From: Botryllus schlosseri
Taxonomy: Eukaryota
DNA length: 64,000 bases
Direction: 5' to 3'
Assembly (NCBI GenBank): GCA_051294905.1
Contig: CM119372.1
Coordinates: 21,392,001-21,456,000, forward strand
Shown here: positions 48,000 to 61,172 of the stretch, in pieces
How positions within the stretch are numbered: position 1 is the first letter of the stretch
Layout: every line of letters starts with the position of its first letter
The notes under the pieces: model-generated
What the model saw: only the letters and a program-made list of their open reading frames with translations
Databases searched by the model: none
What the model was told of the DNA's origin: nothing
Made by a program: the position numbers and the translations under genes

Positions 48000-50579
48000 A
48001 TGTGGGCAACCCTCTTAACTTATAGGGGAGGACTGTTATGTTCGTGCATTTACGTTTTAGTGTCGTACAACTCTTTCGTTCTATTGGATTAGTAATTACA
48101 GCCAATCATTATTTCCTCGTGTGTCGTGCTTGTATTTATACCCTGTGTTCTGTTGTCTCGTCGTCTTTCATTTAACTAAACTCTGGATCGTGTCGCTGCC
48201 GTTAAGTTATTCTGCTGTTAATATATACTGATTTCATATTGCAACCTCGTCGTATTGAGTTATTGTTCAAACAAGATCAAGAACATAACAGCTAGATTGC
48301 GAAACATCAGTTTCAAACGTTATGATGAGCCCTATATACTGTGATTAAATATTTCATATGGGTGAACGGCGACAATGTGGTGTGAACGGAACCACAGCAA
48401 CCCTCTACCTAAATTATATTCACCCAAACTTTCGTGAAATCACACTGGTCACTCCGTATCCACTGCGCGCGAAGCACGACGAAAATTCTTGACTTTACTA
48501 AACTTTTATGAAAATAAAATGTTGATACTCCGTAAAAACAGCCCTGAAATTCCTCAGGCTATCTTCCTGATTGGAAGATTGAACTACTTCTACTTGACAA
48601 AACTGAAAATAGCGAAAAGAACTGAAAATAGCGAAAAGTAAGTAAGTAGATCACAAAATATTACGAAGTAGAAGTAGAAGTAGCGAAAATCAGATCTACC
48701 TGAGTAAGTACCAGAAGTAGAGGAAAACTACTTGAGTACTTCGAAAAAGTAGAAGTACTTCGTTACTGACCACCTCTGGCTATGACGCAACATCAATAAC
48801 GAAATACACTACATGTAGGTAGTCCGCGAATGATGCTCATTCAACCAATCAATGAAATTGATATAACGAATACATCTTTGTCAAATGTAGAGAATGTTGC
48901 AGGCCTACGGGATAAGTCTTGATTTGATTTGTTTATTGTATCATAAAAACCAAATCAGTGCGATTGGGGTGGCGGCTAACTTGTTTATGGGGCAATATCG
49001 GTAGGAAGTATATCAATGTAGCAATGTCAGTGCAGCAAAAGTCATAACGTTAAGACGTAAGCTTATGTTCGAATATTCCCTTGCAATTCATCATCGAAAT
49101 TGATGCCAAAGTGACGGAAGATGTTGATTTTATAGGATTATTATAGGATTTGTTTGCTCCAGTTGATACATTTGTTGACGTTTAAAAAGTCAGCACTCAA
49201 CATGTACTTCAGCATTGTGGCACAATGTGGGTTGAATCGTCGCTACGTATCGTACAACTGAAATGTACGGTTGGAAATAGCAATATGTAGTCACGTGACG
49301 TCATAGGTTCACGTTCGCGTTCACACAGAACCTTTCAAAAAGGTTTGGGTTGTATGAGAAGCGCAACTAAAGATTCAGAAATTTGATGAATTGGTAGAAG
49401 TAAAAATTGCAACGGTAATTCAGGAATATATAAAATTACAGCTCTACTGTTGGCTACTACCATATCTTCCAATGTGATCTACTACACCATCTATACTGCT
49501 ACGACATTGCTCTTTGGCGCCCTTAGCGTCCCAGCCCCCACATCACCCCCTGAGGGCATCCGCCTCTTCAAAATCTAAATCACCCCCTGGTAGTCGCTGG
49601 CGGCCAGGTTAAGAACCGCTGTTATAGATCATACTGTAACTAAAACAGTGCTTCTCAACTTGTTTCAGTTCGCGAACCACTTTTCATCCAAATTTCATTG
49701 CGCCACCCACCATACTCCCTTTCAAGGCTAACGTTTTAACCATTGCATGTGGGGTCTAGTTGTCATGTTGTCAGTGTGTTTCAGTTATTTGGTCGCCCTA
49801 GCGTGAACATATTCCGGAATTCATGATTGAATTCGGTCAATGATATTGGGAAATGCAAATATTACTACAAATTTTAGTTCTCTCTTAGCCCAGGTGATCA
49901 GATTTACTAGTAGATCTGAGGGGGGAGGTGGTGTATTTGAGAATCTCGGCCACATAAATAATTATTAATAATTGGATTTTCGGACGGGTCCGTTGTTAGT
50001 AGGCCTAATTACTTGATTCCAACTTCTTGTGTCTTGGTGTGTCGTGTCGCGGTAATGGCCTACACCAGTGGTTCTCAACCTTTTTGTCTTCGCGGACCCC
50101 TTTTGGACCGACACGGACCCCCTGAAGTTTTCGTTCAAAATTAGCTCAATTATCGTGCAAACGTCATCTGTCGTGTGCAAGTAATAATTATAGGCTACTG
50201 ATAAAGAGCCACGGAGTGACTTTTCTTGAAAATGGTACAACACTTAAGTAGAAATTGGGTTGACATTTATTATTTCGAAGCGAATTTTGCAGCGTCTTCG
50301 ATTTGATATGAACGAGTGCCGAAAATCCATTTCCACAAATATAGGTGGTGGCGAATGTAATATTAACGCGTAACGATTCCGACGACAGCTTTTGGTGTGA
50401 GTTTTCGATGAACATACCACGTCCAGCATAGTCATTTCACTCATCTTGCAGATATTTAGTTATAGTTGGTTATATCACAGGAAAAAATGGATTTCGTATG
50501 ACGAATTTTCAATTCCTTCATTGGGACAGATTAGGAAACAAATTCAGGAATTTCTATTTCTAACGACCTTTTACTATTT

Positions 50580-51160
50580 GGTGAGGCGAGATAGCGTATT
50601 GGTATAATCCAGGGCTACATTATTATTATATTCTTTATTCACAGTAAAACTGGTACAACACAGTGGCGCTTATCGCTTTTTCAAGCTATGTGCTGCCACG
50701 ACATGAATTGTGATTATGTTCATAGTGTCTTTGTCTTCCGTAATCTTGGGGACGGCTTTCATTCTCTTCTCCTAGTCAATCCTCAGTCACCCTCACTAGC
50801 ACGCGCCCCCAGCGTTGTCTCAGCTGCCGACTTGTAGCACGGCTCACTTTCGGTCTGGGCTTTTCAACGCACTACCGTAGTAGTGGGATCGGCGATGAGG
50901 AGCCCAGAGAAGAATCCAGGGCTACATCACCAATGTGTGTGGGTTCGAGTCCGACCGCGGTCGACTCCAGAATTCCTACCTAAGTGTTGGAGGTTTATCT
51001 AGGCTCCTCCACGTCATCTCATCCGCGTAAGCGGTGTCTTACAAAAAGCCTAGAAGTGGGCCGTGCTATAAGTCAGCAGATACGGAATCACAAATAAGAG
51101 TATCGGGCTGGTATAAATGACCATAGCAGTCGACAAACACCATGACTACCACAAACAAAC
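50580..51160 (+). mobile_element. tRNA-derived SINE split by a retroposed insertion
   Basis: A-box-like TAGCGTATTGG at ~50592 and B-box GGTTCGAGTCC at ~50942. The body is homologous to 2690-2990. Confidence 0.7.
50621..50912 (-). mobile_element. Short non-LTR retroposed insertion (probably a 5'-truncated LINE tail)
   Basis: Flanked by an exact 15-bp TSD AATCCAGGGCTACAT (50606-50620, 50913-50927). The minus strand ends AATAAAGAAT(ATA)n. Confidence 0.75.
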
Positions 51161-53919
51161 TAATTTGCTGAGATTGACAACTCCAAATCCAAAATATTTT
51201 GCAAACATTTCGTAGTCAGCCTGTTAGACCTTGCTATCTCCAACATTTCATTTTTCCACAAACCCCAACAAAACATATCTCAATAGAAATGTGTTTGCAT
51301 TGACAGGCTATTGGCAATATGACAATTAAAATGAGTTTGAACAGTCGGATATTTCATCTCAGGCGACTATTTTTATGATGTGAGTCCAATACGTTTAGCA
51401 ATTATGGAACGAAACTGTCTCATGCGTTCTCTGATTACAAAAAATACAAATTAGATTTTCAATCATTTTACAACTTTAGAGGCTTCGCAGACCCCCTGAA
51501 AATGCTTCGCGGACCCCCGGTTGCGAACCGCTGGCCTACACCGAAATGCCTATTTCTATGGCTTATCCATCTTTTTTATTAGAGGGAGATGTAACCATAT
51601 TGAATTCAAGACATCTAACGGTGTTAAATCGCGCAAGGCGAGAAGAAAATTTGCATAAAGTTGAGTAAATCTCAAAAAAAAAATATACTCCATAATTGAA
51701 GTTGATTGATGAGATCATTTTGGCCCCGCATTCGATCCCCTTAAAATTGAGGGTTTTGGGTGCGATGGTTACGGCTCTGCATGTAACAAATGATTACTAA
51801 CGAGGAGGGTCATCCGAATTGCGTAAGCGGTGTTTCAAAAAAGCCTGGGAGTGGGCCATGCTCCAAATCGGCAGATGCGAAATCATAATAAAGAATAAAT
51901 ATCGGCCTCGCGTAACTGACCATGACCATTGTAGCCGAAAAATATCATGGATAATGCAAACACCAACAATAGAGAAAGCGCGTATCCAATCAGTAATTTG
52001 ACTTTTATTGGAACACAAAGTGGTTGTGAGTAGCTTGCCCAACGGCAAATCGGGCTGGATGGCTGCATTTCCCTATCAACCTTCGCAAAGCCTTTGACGA
52101 AATTAAAGAATTCCAATTCTGAAGCATTCACAATAACGCACTGTCCGATTTCACGTTCCCACCAAAATGACTGTCACGAAAACCTGCCTTATGAAATATT
52201 GTAAGCACGAAAACGTGGCTTGTGGCGCTTATGGACGCACAAATAATATAATTTGAGGCAGAGAACGTGTATTTGCCCGTGTAATCTTGATAAGATAAGG
52301 TGTTTGAAATATTTGGCAAAATTAGTTCGATACTTTAACATTTCGATATTCTTGGCGACTCACCTGAAATAGCTTCGCGACACACTGGTTGGGAAGTATT
52401 GAACTAGTAATAGAAGACACGGGTCGAAATAACTAGCTGCTAAAGTCACAGATGAAAAATATGAAACTTGGATATACATCGAAGCACCTGCTAATCATAT
52501 CAGGGGTGGCCAATCTGCGGCCGTAGAAGGAAAACTGTGCAGTATCTTCATGTAATTCACTTAGTATGCGTTGGCGGCCGCCAACATGCAATTTACATTT
52601 ACGAATTGTGGCATTATGTGGCCCGAGTCGTCGCTATGTATCGTGTCGTGTGCATTAATATATATCACTTCACTGAAATGTAGGGTTGGAATTTATACTT
52701 AATGACGTCACGTTGCGCCATGAGGTTCACGTCCGCGTTCACACAGAACCTTTCAAAAATGTTCGCGTTCACACGAATCTGATCCTTTCAGAGGTTCGCA
52801 CCATCCCTAATAAATTCATCTTTTTCATAGCAGTATTCACAACGTCATGCTCACGTTCGTGGTTGTCGTGCAAACCGCGATATTTCAGAGGTTCGCGTTC
52901 ACAAACGAACCTTGTAAGGTTCTACATCAGAGGTCTCAAACTCAAATGTGCTCGCGGGCCAATTTCTTAGTTGTTGATGAGCCGCGGGCCGCATGATCAA
53001 TAATAGGGGTATTCAATGTAAAATTTCCAAGATGGCCTTATTTGATGGGACCTTGCAGACAGGCATTCCACAAACAACGTGGAAATAAAATTTAATAAAG
53101 TATTATTCACGCTTGACACGGAAAAAATCACATTTTCACATTTTCAAATATTTGAATGAAATTGATTTTGTGCCGGGCATAATTTTTTAATCATGACATC
53201 GTAAAACTCTCGGGTTATAATATTGCAGCTTGTGCTTCCAATGAGATTTCCCTTAGCCCCTGGCCATTTTCAACACAATTTCTGATGGTACCTATATTAA
53301 AACCAGAAAGCCCATTCACATAAAATCGCGCGTATCGCGAGGACTATTTTCCAGTTGAATAAATTGGTCAAGAAAATATTCCACAGCATATAGGCCTAAT
53401 TCCACAATGCATCTCGTACACTCTGATGTGGTGCTTCGTAACCCGATAGGGTCTACGGACCCTGGTTATAAGAGCCGCTGGAATAGAAATGTCCGATTGG
53501 CAAAGAATTCATTTGTGTTACAGCTGTAGAACGTACTGCTACCTTACTCGCCACCGATAATAACATGAATAAAGAGAACAAACAACACCCAGCATGTAAC
53601 CAACTATACGACACGGCTCACGGGGGTCACAGAATGCCAATGATAGCCATACTGACCTGATTAGACAGCTATGTACCCTATGCAGCGCAAGCTACGACCT
53701 TTTGATAAATTACTCTATTTCCCATTACAGTTTCATAGATTGTTGCGTCCTAGGGATAACCAAGTCACCGTTGAGTCGCAAGTCCTCTTATTTAAACGTT
53801 TGACCCGACTCAACTCGAGTCATTTTTATTTAATCACCAAGTCAATCCGAAATCGAATAATTTTACGAGAAGGTCACACCAAACCAAATCAAAATTTTCA
53901 GTCGCGAATCATCAACGGG

Positions 53920-54177
53920 CAGAGGTGGTCAGTAACGAAGTACTTGTACTTTTTGAATTACTTGAAGTAGATTTTGCCTACTCACACTGCTTTTTAAGTA
54001 GTTATGATTTGAGACTACTTTTACTTCTACCTGACAGTTTTCAGTTTTGTAGGCAAAAATAAGCGTAGAATACCTACTTACTTGTGAACCACCGCTCCTA
54101 CTTCTACTTGAGTATAAATTCCGGCATTACTTCTACTTCTACTTGAGTAGCGACGGTGACTACTTTGACCACTTCTG
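53920..54177 (-). mobile_element. Short MITE relative of family B
   Basis: CAGAGGTGGTCA...TGACCACTTCTG with an exact 8-bp TSD TCAACGGG and TACT-rich repeats. Confidence 0.85.
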
Positions 54178-55946
54178 TCAACGGGTCATGTTTTATCATC
54201 ATGAACTAGGAATGTGACGTAATAGCTGATCTTCTACCGCATGGTAGCTTTTAAAAGGGATGAGATGGTGAAGTTTGTTGAGATTTCAGTGATTTTTTAT
54301 AGTAGTTTTAAGATGAACTTCAAGTTCTTATATCTAAAAAGATATATGGCACTTGAATATATTGTTGAATACTTGAAATTCTAAAATGCCGTTGCGGGCT
54401 GCACAAAATGACCATGACCAAGAAAAAACTAACTAGCATTAGCCTAACATTTGATGGCATGCCTACGTCATCGTTGAGTGCTTGGCCCGTTGGTCTAAAA
54501 TGAAATAATGAGTTTTACCCGCGCACTGAGTAAGGTTATTCATTATTGATGAAACTACAAATGACAGTCAAGTTCCGCGCTGCCAAATTGTTCTTGGGCT
54601 GAAAATATTCCTTGGAAATCCCTACAATATTGGGCGCGGTGAAGTGGCCTTTGGAGGGAGAGAACTAACCCTGAATTTCAATAAAATTTACCGACAAGTT
54701 CTTATAAAATAATGATAGGCCATTTCGCTCCAGTCACACCGTCGTGAGTGCCATCTTTCGAATGATACCAAGCGCACTCTAATTACTGAAGGAGGATTAG
54801 TAGGCCTACTCAGGCGATATCTTTTACAGACAGGTAAATTAGGTTTACCATATTTTTGTGGCTCAAATTCCGGACACTCTTTAGCGTCCACTAGCGGGGT
54901 TTACGATGAGGTATGAACACATTGTCAGTCAGTATGACGTCACACTAGTAAAGCTTCGCCTATCTACTGTATACTAGTATACAGGAGTGGAGAGGACCAT
55001 AGGTTATAAATTGAGCCATCTCTATAGTGAGCTCTGGTGTTTGCTTGGTTCTGCAACAGATTTCTTCACGGACAGGATGAAATCGTCTGGTGGACCTTAT
55101 CCGGTCCGCCGATCGTGTGTTTGACAGTCTTGATATATTGTCAGGTCGCCACTGTTATCTGCTTGTGTGTTGTAACCAGGTCCGGAACAAAATTTTTTCA
55201 TCCCCCTTCCGCCCAAAAATGCACTGACCTTGAGCCCACAATAGGGTAATCGATGCAGCTTACTGTATGCATTTGATTGTGAAATTTTGTGAATTAATTC
55301 TGTCAATAATATTGGTTCTTCCATATATTACTATAAAAAGCATCGGAAGGTTGCACATCCGGGGATATCCAAATTGTTATGGTCGCGACCTCATTTCCAA
55401 ATTGAAAACGTTCCGTGGTCCAGCTCAAAAATTGATAGGCTGATTACTAAGAAAGGTCAGCTTACTCAGAATCACTCGCGGCCTATTTTGGAAGCTGATA
55501 ATGTTCAACATCTTCGCGATCCCCAGGCTAAAGGCAAACAACCCCCAGGTTTAGAACAACTGTCTTTGAATAAACACTAAGCATCCAAACCGCCTTAACC
55601 AACTCAATGAATATACCGTTATCTTAAAATTGCGATTACAATTATAGACTTATTTCAGTAAACGATTGTTATTTTTATTAATTTTGATTGCATTTTCTGC
55701 GAGGGCGGTGCGCGGTCCCTGCATTAATATGAATATAAGTTGCACTAAATGAACATTTCAAATATCATATATTTGCTTTAAAATACTATTGTTTATGTCC
55801 ATTTACGAAAAATATTTGAGCCTACTTCAAGCCTTCAAAATTCCGGACATTTCGGCATATTTTAAATTTCCTCCCGGACGCAGTTTTTACAGTTGAATTT
55901 TGGACATGTCCGGGAAATTCCGGACGTATGGCAAGAGCAACCCTAA

Positions 55947-56279
55947 TAGGGTTAACATATTTAGGAAATCTGAAAAGACGACACTTTTTAAAATTTACAG
56001 ACTTGCAAAACCGGAGGAACATCCTGAAAAAATGGTACATTTTTCCCACTTCGTGGTCGGTTGACTAAAACAAAAAAATCAACTTTCCGTCCATGCTCCC
56101 AAAATACCCGCCGGAGCGTTACTTCAGTGCTGATTTACTGTATGTAAGTATATTTTGCCATATATTTAACCAAAATTATCGAAAAAGAGGGCATTTGGGC
56201 GTCCTCCAAGGACACTTTCAAAAAAAGTTAAAAAAAAAAGTGGACAAATCCTCTTAAAAGAGGACGTATGGTAACCCTG
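55947..56279. mobile_element. Family C MITE
   Basis: TAGGGTTAACATA...TATGGTAACCCTG. The body is homologous to 10664-11096 and 17230-17600. Confidence 0.7.
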
Positions 56280-56395
56280 CCATACAACATCCGACACATA
56301 GACGCTAGTCCGAATCCGGATTCGAGCCTCTGTCATTGGTGTCGTGCCGCTGGTGCTTAATCAACTGCGCCACTTGCTTTCCCACAACTACGCAC

Positions 56396-57024
56396 TAGGG
56401 CTGGGCACAATGATTCGAGTGCTCGAATCTGAATCGAGTATCAATTTTAATGATTCGAGTCGAGTAGTAAAATACGATTTTTTCGAGTACTGATATTATA
56501 CGCTCCTCGTCACTGAAGTAGAAGTAGAAGTAACGACGAAAATAATCTACTCAAGTATGAGTAGAAGTACTTCTTCAACAAGCCGACTAAAACTAGTTTT
56601 TCGAGTACTGATATTATACGCTTCTCGTCACTGAACGTTAATTTATTAACGAGGATTATAGTTTCCATACCATTTCCCACTGCAGAAACCTTGAAGCCTT
56701 GATTAGTCGTGTTGCAGCATGCGAAACATATAGTTCAAAGCTACGAACGTTGCTGGAAATGATACATTTCTGAATTACTGATCATCCCCCAACATTGTCA
56801 CAAAGTGCAATGAAGTCGGTACGGTCGAAAAATTACCAAAGTATCTTTAAAATGATCGATAACAGACGTTATATTCTGAAAATGTCATAAAAGGTACATA
56901 TTTGAACTTTTACATATTGCATTCTGTTATGACATCATAATGAGTGGTACTCGAATACTCGACTCGACGCTAAATACGCGATTCAGAACCGAATCACTCA
57001 GTTATTCGATTTTGCCCAGCCCTA
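56396..57024. mobile_element. MITE with TAGGGCTGGGCA TIRs and ATTCGA/CTCGA motifs
   Basis: TAGGGCTGGGCACAATGATTCGA...TTCGATTTTGCCCAGCCCTA. The TSD is not clean. Confidence 0.6.
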
Positions 57025-57050
57025 TAGGCACGTACTAGCTCAGCAAAGCT

Positions 57051-58221
57051 CTAGGTGGTCAAAGTAGTCAAGGAACCTACTCAAGTAGAAGTAGAAGTAG
57101 CGACGAAAAAAATTACTCAGGAACGAGTAGAAGTACTTCTTCAACAAGCCAACTAAAACTACTTGAAGTAGAAGTAGAATTGACTGACTTTAAATCTACT
57201 CAAGTAAGTAAGTAGTTTTGAAAACAGTCTTAATTAGTTCACATGGACTGTCAAAAGCTGCGAATTGAGCTATGCGGAAGGTGCAGAGAGCTTGATTCGT
57301 ATTGATGCATCCTAGGAGGTATCAATTTTCGACAGAATAAGCATTCTTTCGCATCATTGGATGCAAGTTATAGTATTGATATGAAAATGCGATACTAACC
57401 CAATGTTTCCTAGAAAGCGCCGTTTTAGAGAATATCATGGCATGGAGCCCTACCCCATATTATAAGGCCCCAAGTTTAGGCGAAGAGCAATACGTAGAAG
57501 TTGTATCGAATACGGTTTCATCACTTTGCGTGACGTTAATGACAGATATTGTAGATCATAACAGTTATAATTAGTGTAGCTTTGTTTTCAGAAAATAGAG
57601 GCATTAATACTACACTTGCATTTATGCTTCAACATGTATGTTCTGGAGACAAAAGAACTGAAAGTAATTAGAACTCAAAGTATGGTACTCGCAATAGAAA
57701 GTGAAATACAAATACCACTTCTAAGAAGCGGAAAATATATCTCATGACTTTTGTCCATAAAGCTTCAAGGTGATCTGCTAAAACAGATGTAACGTTCAAA
57801 AAGGCTGGATTTTCCAGATTAGTAAGACACGTGATGGGCCGCTAGATTACGATATGATAGGTAATTGCAAGATCGCAAAACGGTAGTTTCAAACGTTATG
57901 GTGGGCCTTATTTACTGTGATGAAATATTTGATTTGGGCGACAATGCGGTGTGAGCGGAACCAAGCAATCCGGTACCGGGGCCTACGATAAGTTGTCAAA
58001 AAACCCTGAAATTCCTCAGGCTATCTTTCTTATTGGGAGAATAGACTACTTCTACTTGACAAACTGAAAATAGCGAAAAGTAAGTAAGTAGATCACAAAA
58101 TATTACGAAGTAGAAGTAGAAGTAGAGAAAATCAGATCTACTTGAGTAAGTACCATGAGTAGAGGAAAACTACTTGAGTACTTCCAAAAAGTAGAAGTAC
58201 TTCGTTACTGACCCCCTCTTG
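57051..58221 (+). mobile_element. Family B hAT element, uninterrupted diverged copy
   Basis: Colinear with 42699-43535 plus 48291-48778. Termini are degenerate. Confidence 0.8.
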
Positions 58222-58556
58222 GTATACATAATGCAGTGATAAATGGTATTTATGTTAGTTACCTTCAATATGAACCGCATTGACTTTCACGAAAAGAACT
58301 TTGCATTATTGCATTTGATATCACATTTTTCGCAACGGATATGATGCATCGATTAGCAATGCCAAGTCGATGGTCATCAATTTTGATAAGAAATATTGCT
58401 ACAGCATTTGGTTGCTTTTTGAGCAGGTTCGAAGTGAATAAATAATAATCTTTCCAACGTTCATTTTTTGTGCATGCGATTTTCCAAATTTCCAAGGTGC
58501 GCATACCAAGTAGGACAACGAACTATGGTTTCGCACAGTCCGTACATGTAACCGAC

Positions 58557-58716
58557 CTGGATAGATCGCCATTTCTTGCTGCCACCGTGGCGAGACGCGC
58601 AGTTGAGTCCATACTTGAGCAGGAGGACGTTGCAGCGGTGTATGATGTTTTAGTGCTCAAGTATCTGTATTCATATCCATTCGTATGACGATACCATCCA
58701 TCACTAGTGAACCCAA
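58557..58716 (-). CDS. C-type lectin exon (N-terminal half of the CTLD)
   Basis: Acceptor TTTTTTTCAG (58719-58717) and donor AG|GTCGGT (58556). The translation GWYRHTNGYEYRYLSTKTSYTAATSSCSSMDSTARLATV fits the CTLD beta1/alpha1 pattern (W....Y.Y......Y..A...C......LA). Confidence 0.7.
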
Positions 58717-61172
58717 CTGAAAAAAAGCACAATAACGCTGAAGTAACGATTTAGACCTAACTGGGGGGGGGGGGGAGGGGGGAGGCATCTGAAGGGGCGC
58801 GAAGAAGCGGTCAACTGAAAAATATGTTCGCGCTCTGCGCGATTTACGTCCAATTCAAGCGTGTTTCTCTAAAAATAGACCGAATTTCATATTTTTGAAT
58901 TCTCTCATCAACAGTCATAACCTTCCATGCCATCAAACAATCTGTTCGGGTTGCTAGCATCCCGGTTGGATTTTGTGATATGACGATAAGGGCGGCGCGA
59001 AAATTTTCAGTATCATAAAGGGGGGCGTGTTTAAAAAGAGGTTGAAAACCACTGTTCTAGGAGGTACAGAACTTCATTATTTTACATTTATTTACATTTT
59101 ACATTCAGCGTATCGCATTCTTTATTAATCAAGTACTCAAATCACTGCAGTAGGAAAATCACAGATATCACACTCCCGTTGTTCTCAATATGTTCGTTGC
59201 TTTTTGCGGCTGTATCGTGCAGTGATTTCCTTCGAAGCTTAAAGGGCGAGCCCAAGAACAATATTCCTTCGAAACAATATCATTTTTCCACTAAATCTAC
59301 ATGTTACGTTATCGCGATATGAATGTGTTCGCATTTCGAACGCACAATAGAATGAAACTGCACTTGAATCGTAGCATCAATGTTGCGAATAGGATCTTTG
59401 GTTAGTTTTCTGACAACATTCGAGAAGATGCTTCACCGTAGAAAGGCATTTTAGCCGATGGGATGGTACGGTGGGCGTTAAAAACAGGAATGCAATGCTA
59501 TGCAAACCCACACAATCCGAGTCATAGATAACGGTTATTTATGGATAGGCTTTGGCTTCATTCACTTCTTATCTATGCAATACACAAATCAACAAATCTT
59601 TCAAGAACAACGTGCAGTATCCTCGTGGTTGCAAAGCCAACACTTCCACCTTCCTGAATAATTATTACTTACATACACAAGATTCACGATTAACACACAG
59701 TTATATCGGCCAGGATTGCCAACTGCGGGATGGCTCTTAGGGGTATCGCAGAATATTGACAAACTGACTGACAAGATATGTATGATTTGGAAATAAGATA
59801 CTAATGGTGGTGGACTTGCATCATGATTGAGGATTATTTGCGTTCCATCATACCTGCAGATTTCTCAGTTCATAGACCCAAATCATGCAAACAAAACCAC
59901 TTCGGAAATTTTTTGAAGTGTTTCCATCCTTTTATGATCTATCCTTTTTGTTAGCATGTTTGTAAGTCCAATAAGGAATTATGTGGATTATTACAGGGCA
60001 ATTTTGAGTAAAACGAGAAGTCATAAAAAGTGACATTTCTCACAGACTAGACTTCAGATTTTTTTTGTATTTTAGTGATTGGTTTGAAACAGCAAAAAAC
60101 AATACCTAAAAATTTTACTTCACTAAAATTTTGCAAAATTTTGTTACATGGTGATATTTTTCGTTCATAAAAGAGAAGATTTCTCATTTCACAGACGCAC
60201 GTCACGAAAACAAAACCACTTCTAACCATTTTTAAAGTGTTGCATTGTTACTTGATGCATGAGTAAGCTATATTTGTTCATATTCTTCTTTTCATTAGCG
60301 TTTTCCTACGTCAAATAAATAATTATTGTGATTAATACCGAGAAATAATGAGTAAAATAAAAACACAATAAATAAACAATTTTGGCCAACTAAAACTTTT
60401 GAAGTTACATGGTGATATTACAGAGTTTGTAGTAGGCTACAAACGAAGGCGGTACGAATACGAAGTAGGCAAATTTTTCCTATGGATCAGCAAGTCTAGT
60501 GGCCTCACCAGGTAATGAAATATATGCCTATGCCTCAACGATCTAGACTCGACCTGAGATCATCAGTCCAAGAACAAGAAAGCGTGTCTAAGCCTTAATG
60601 GTGTAGTTTGCATTACAAGCAGGCTATTTCAATGGTCAGTAGTAGTATATAAACTGCTCAGTTACTTAATAATTCGATGTAATGCAATATACAGATTCAT
60701 CGGACGTAAGACATCAATGTGCTTACTCTAATTTTATTTTTAACAACCTCTAATACTTGATTAGATACACGAGTAAGCAACACCTGTAACAAATCTCATT
60801 CACTAATTGTTATAGTTGAAGAAAGTCGCAAGCAAGTGCCAACGTGATAAACGCAAAATTCAGGTGCCAACCAACATGAATAGCCTATGTGCCAAAATTC
60901 CAATACTTTGCATTCAAACATGCCAAATGCAGGACCTAAACAGCATTTCGACAGCCACCCCAAAAAAGTGTTGGTCTTGGGCCCCAATAGGGTACTAAAC
61001 CGAACCTCTGGGGGCTTAGCCCCTCCAGACCCCCATCAGGTTGTTCGTTTTTGCCGCAACTCGGAGATTTGTTGTACAGTTCAGTGAGTCGTCTTATTTC
61101 GTCGCGTGAAGCGCGGATATTCCTAATAATTCATGATTGCTCGGACAATATGATCGAGAATTGCATGTATAT

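Larger units (their letters stand above)
43536..48290 (+). mobile_element. Full-length Ty3/Gypsy LTR retrotransposon (element 2, probably Mag-like)
   Basis: LTRs are 43536-43791 and 48034-48290 (one indel and one substitution seen), with an exact 5-bp TSD GCTAG. PBS at 43794. PPT ATAGGGGAGGAC at 48022-48033. Confidence 0.95.
42699..48778 (+). mobile_element. AGTA-rich non-autonomous hAT element (family B) hosting Gypsy element 2
   Basis: TIRs are CAGAGGTGGTCA...TGACCACCTCTG, with an exact 8-bp TSD GCTATGAC (42691-42698, 48779-48786). An uninterrupted relative lies at ~57051-58221. Confidence 0.85.
50066..51533. mobile_element. Deleted hAT Charlie/Buster-type element
   Basis: TIRs are CAGTGGTTCTCAACC...GGTTGCGAACCGCTG, with an exact 8-bp TSD GCCTACAC. 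The minus-strand remnant FATTYICGNGFSALVHIKSK (~50290-50355) matches the Buster/Charlie dimerisation motif. Confidence 0.85.

Noticed and set aside
59520..59940. Additional upstream lectin exons (signal peptide or collagen-like)
   Set aside because: Splice-like motifs exist (for example minus-strand GTAAGT at ~59673), but no translation was convincingly lectin-related.
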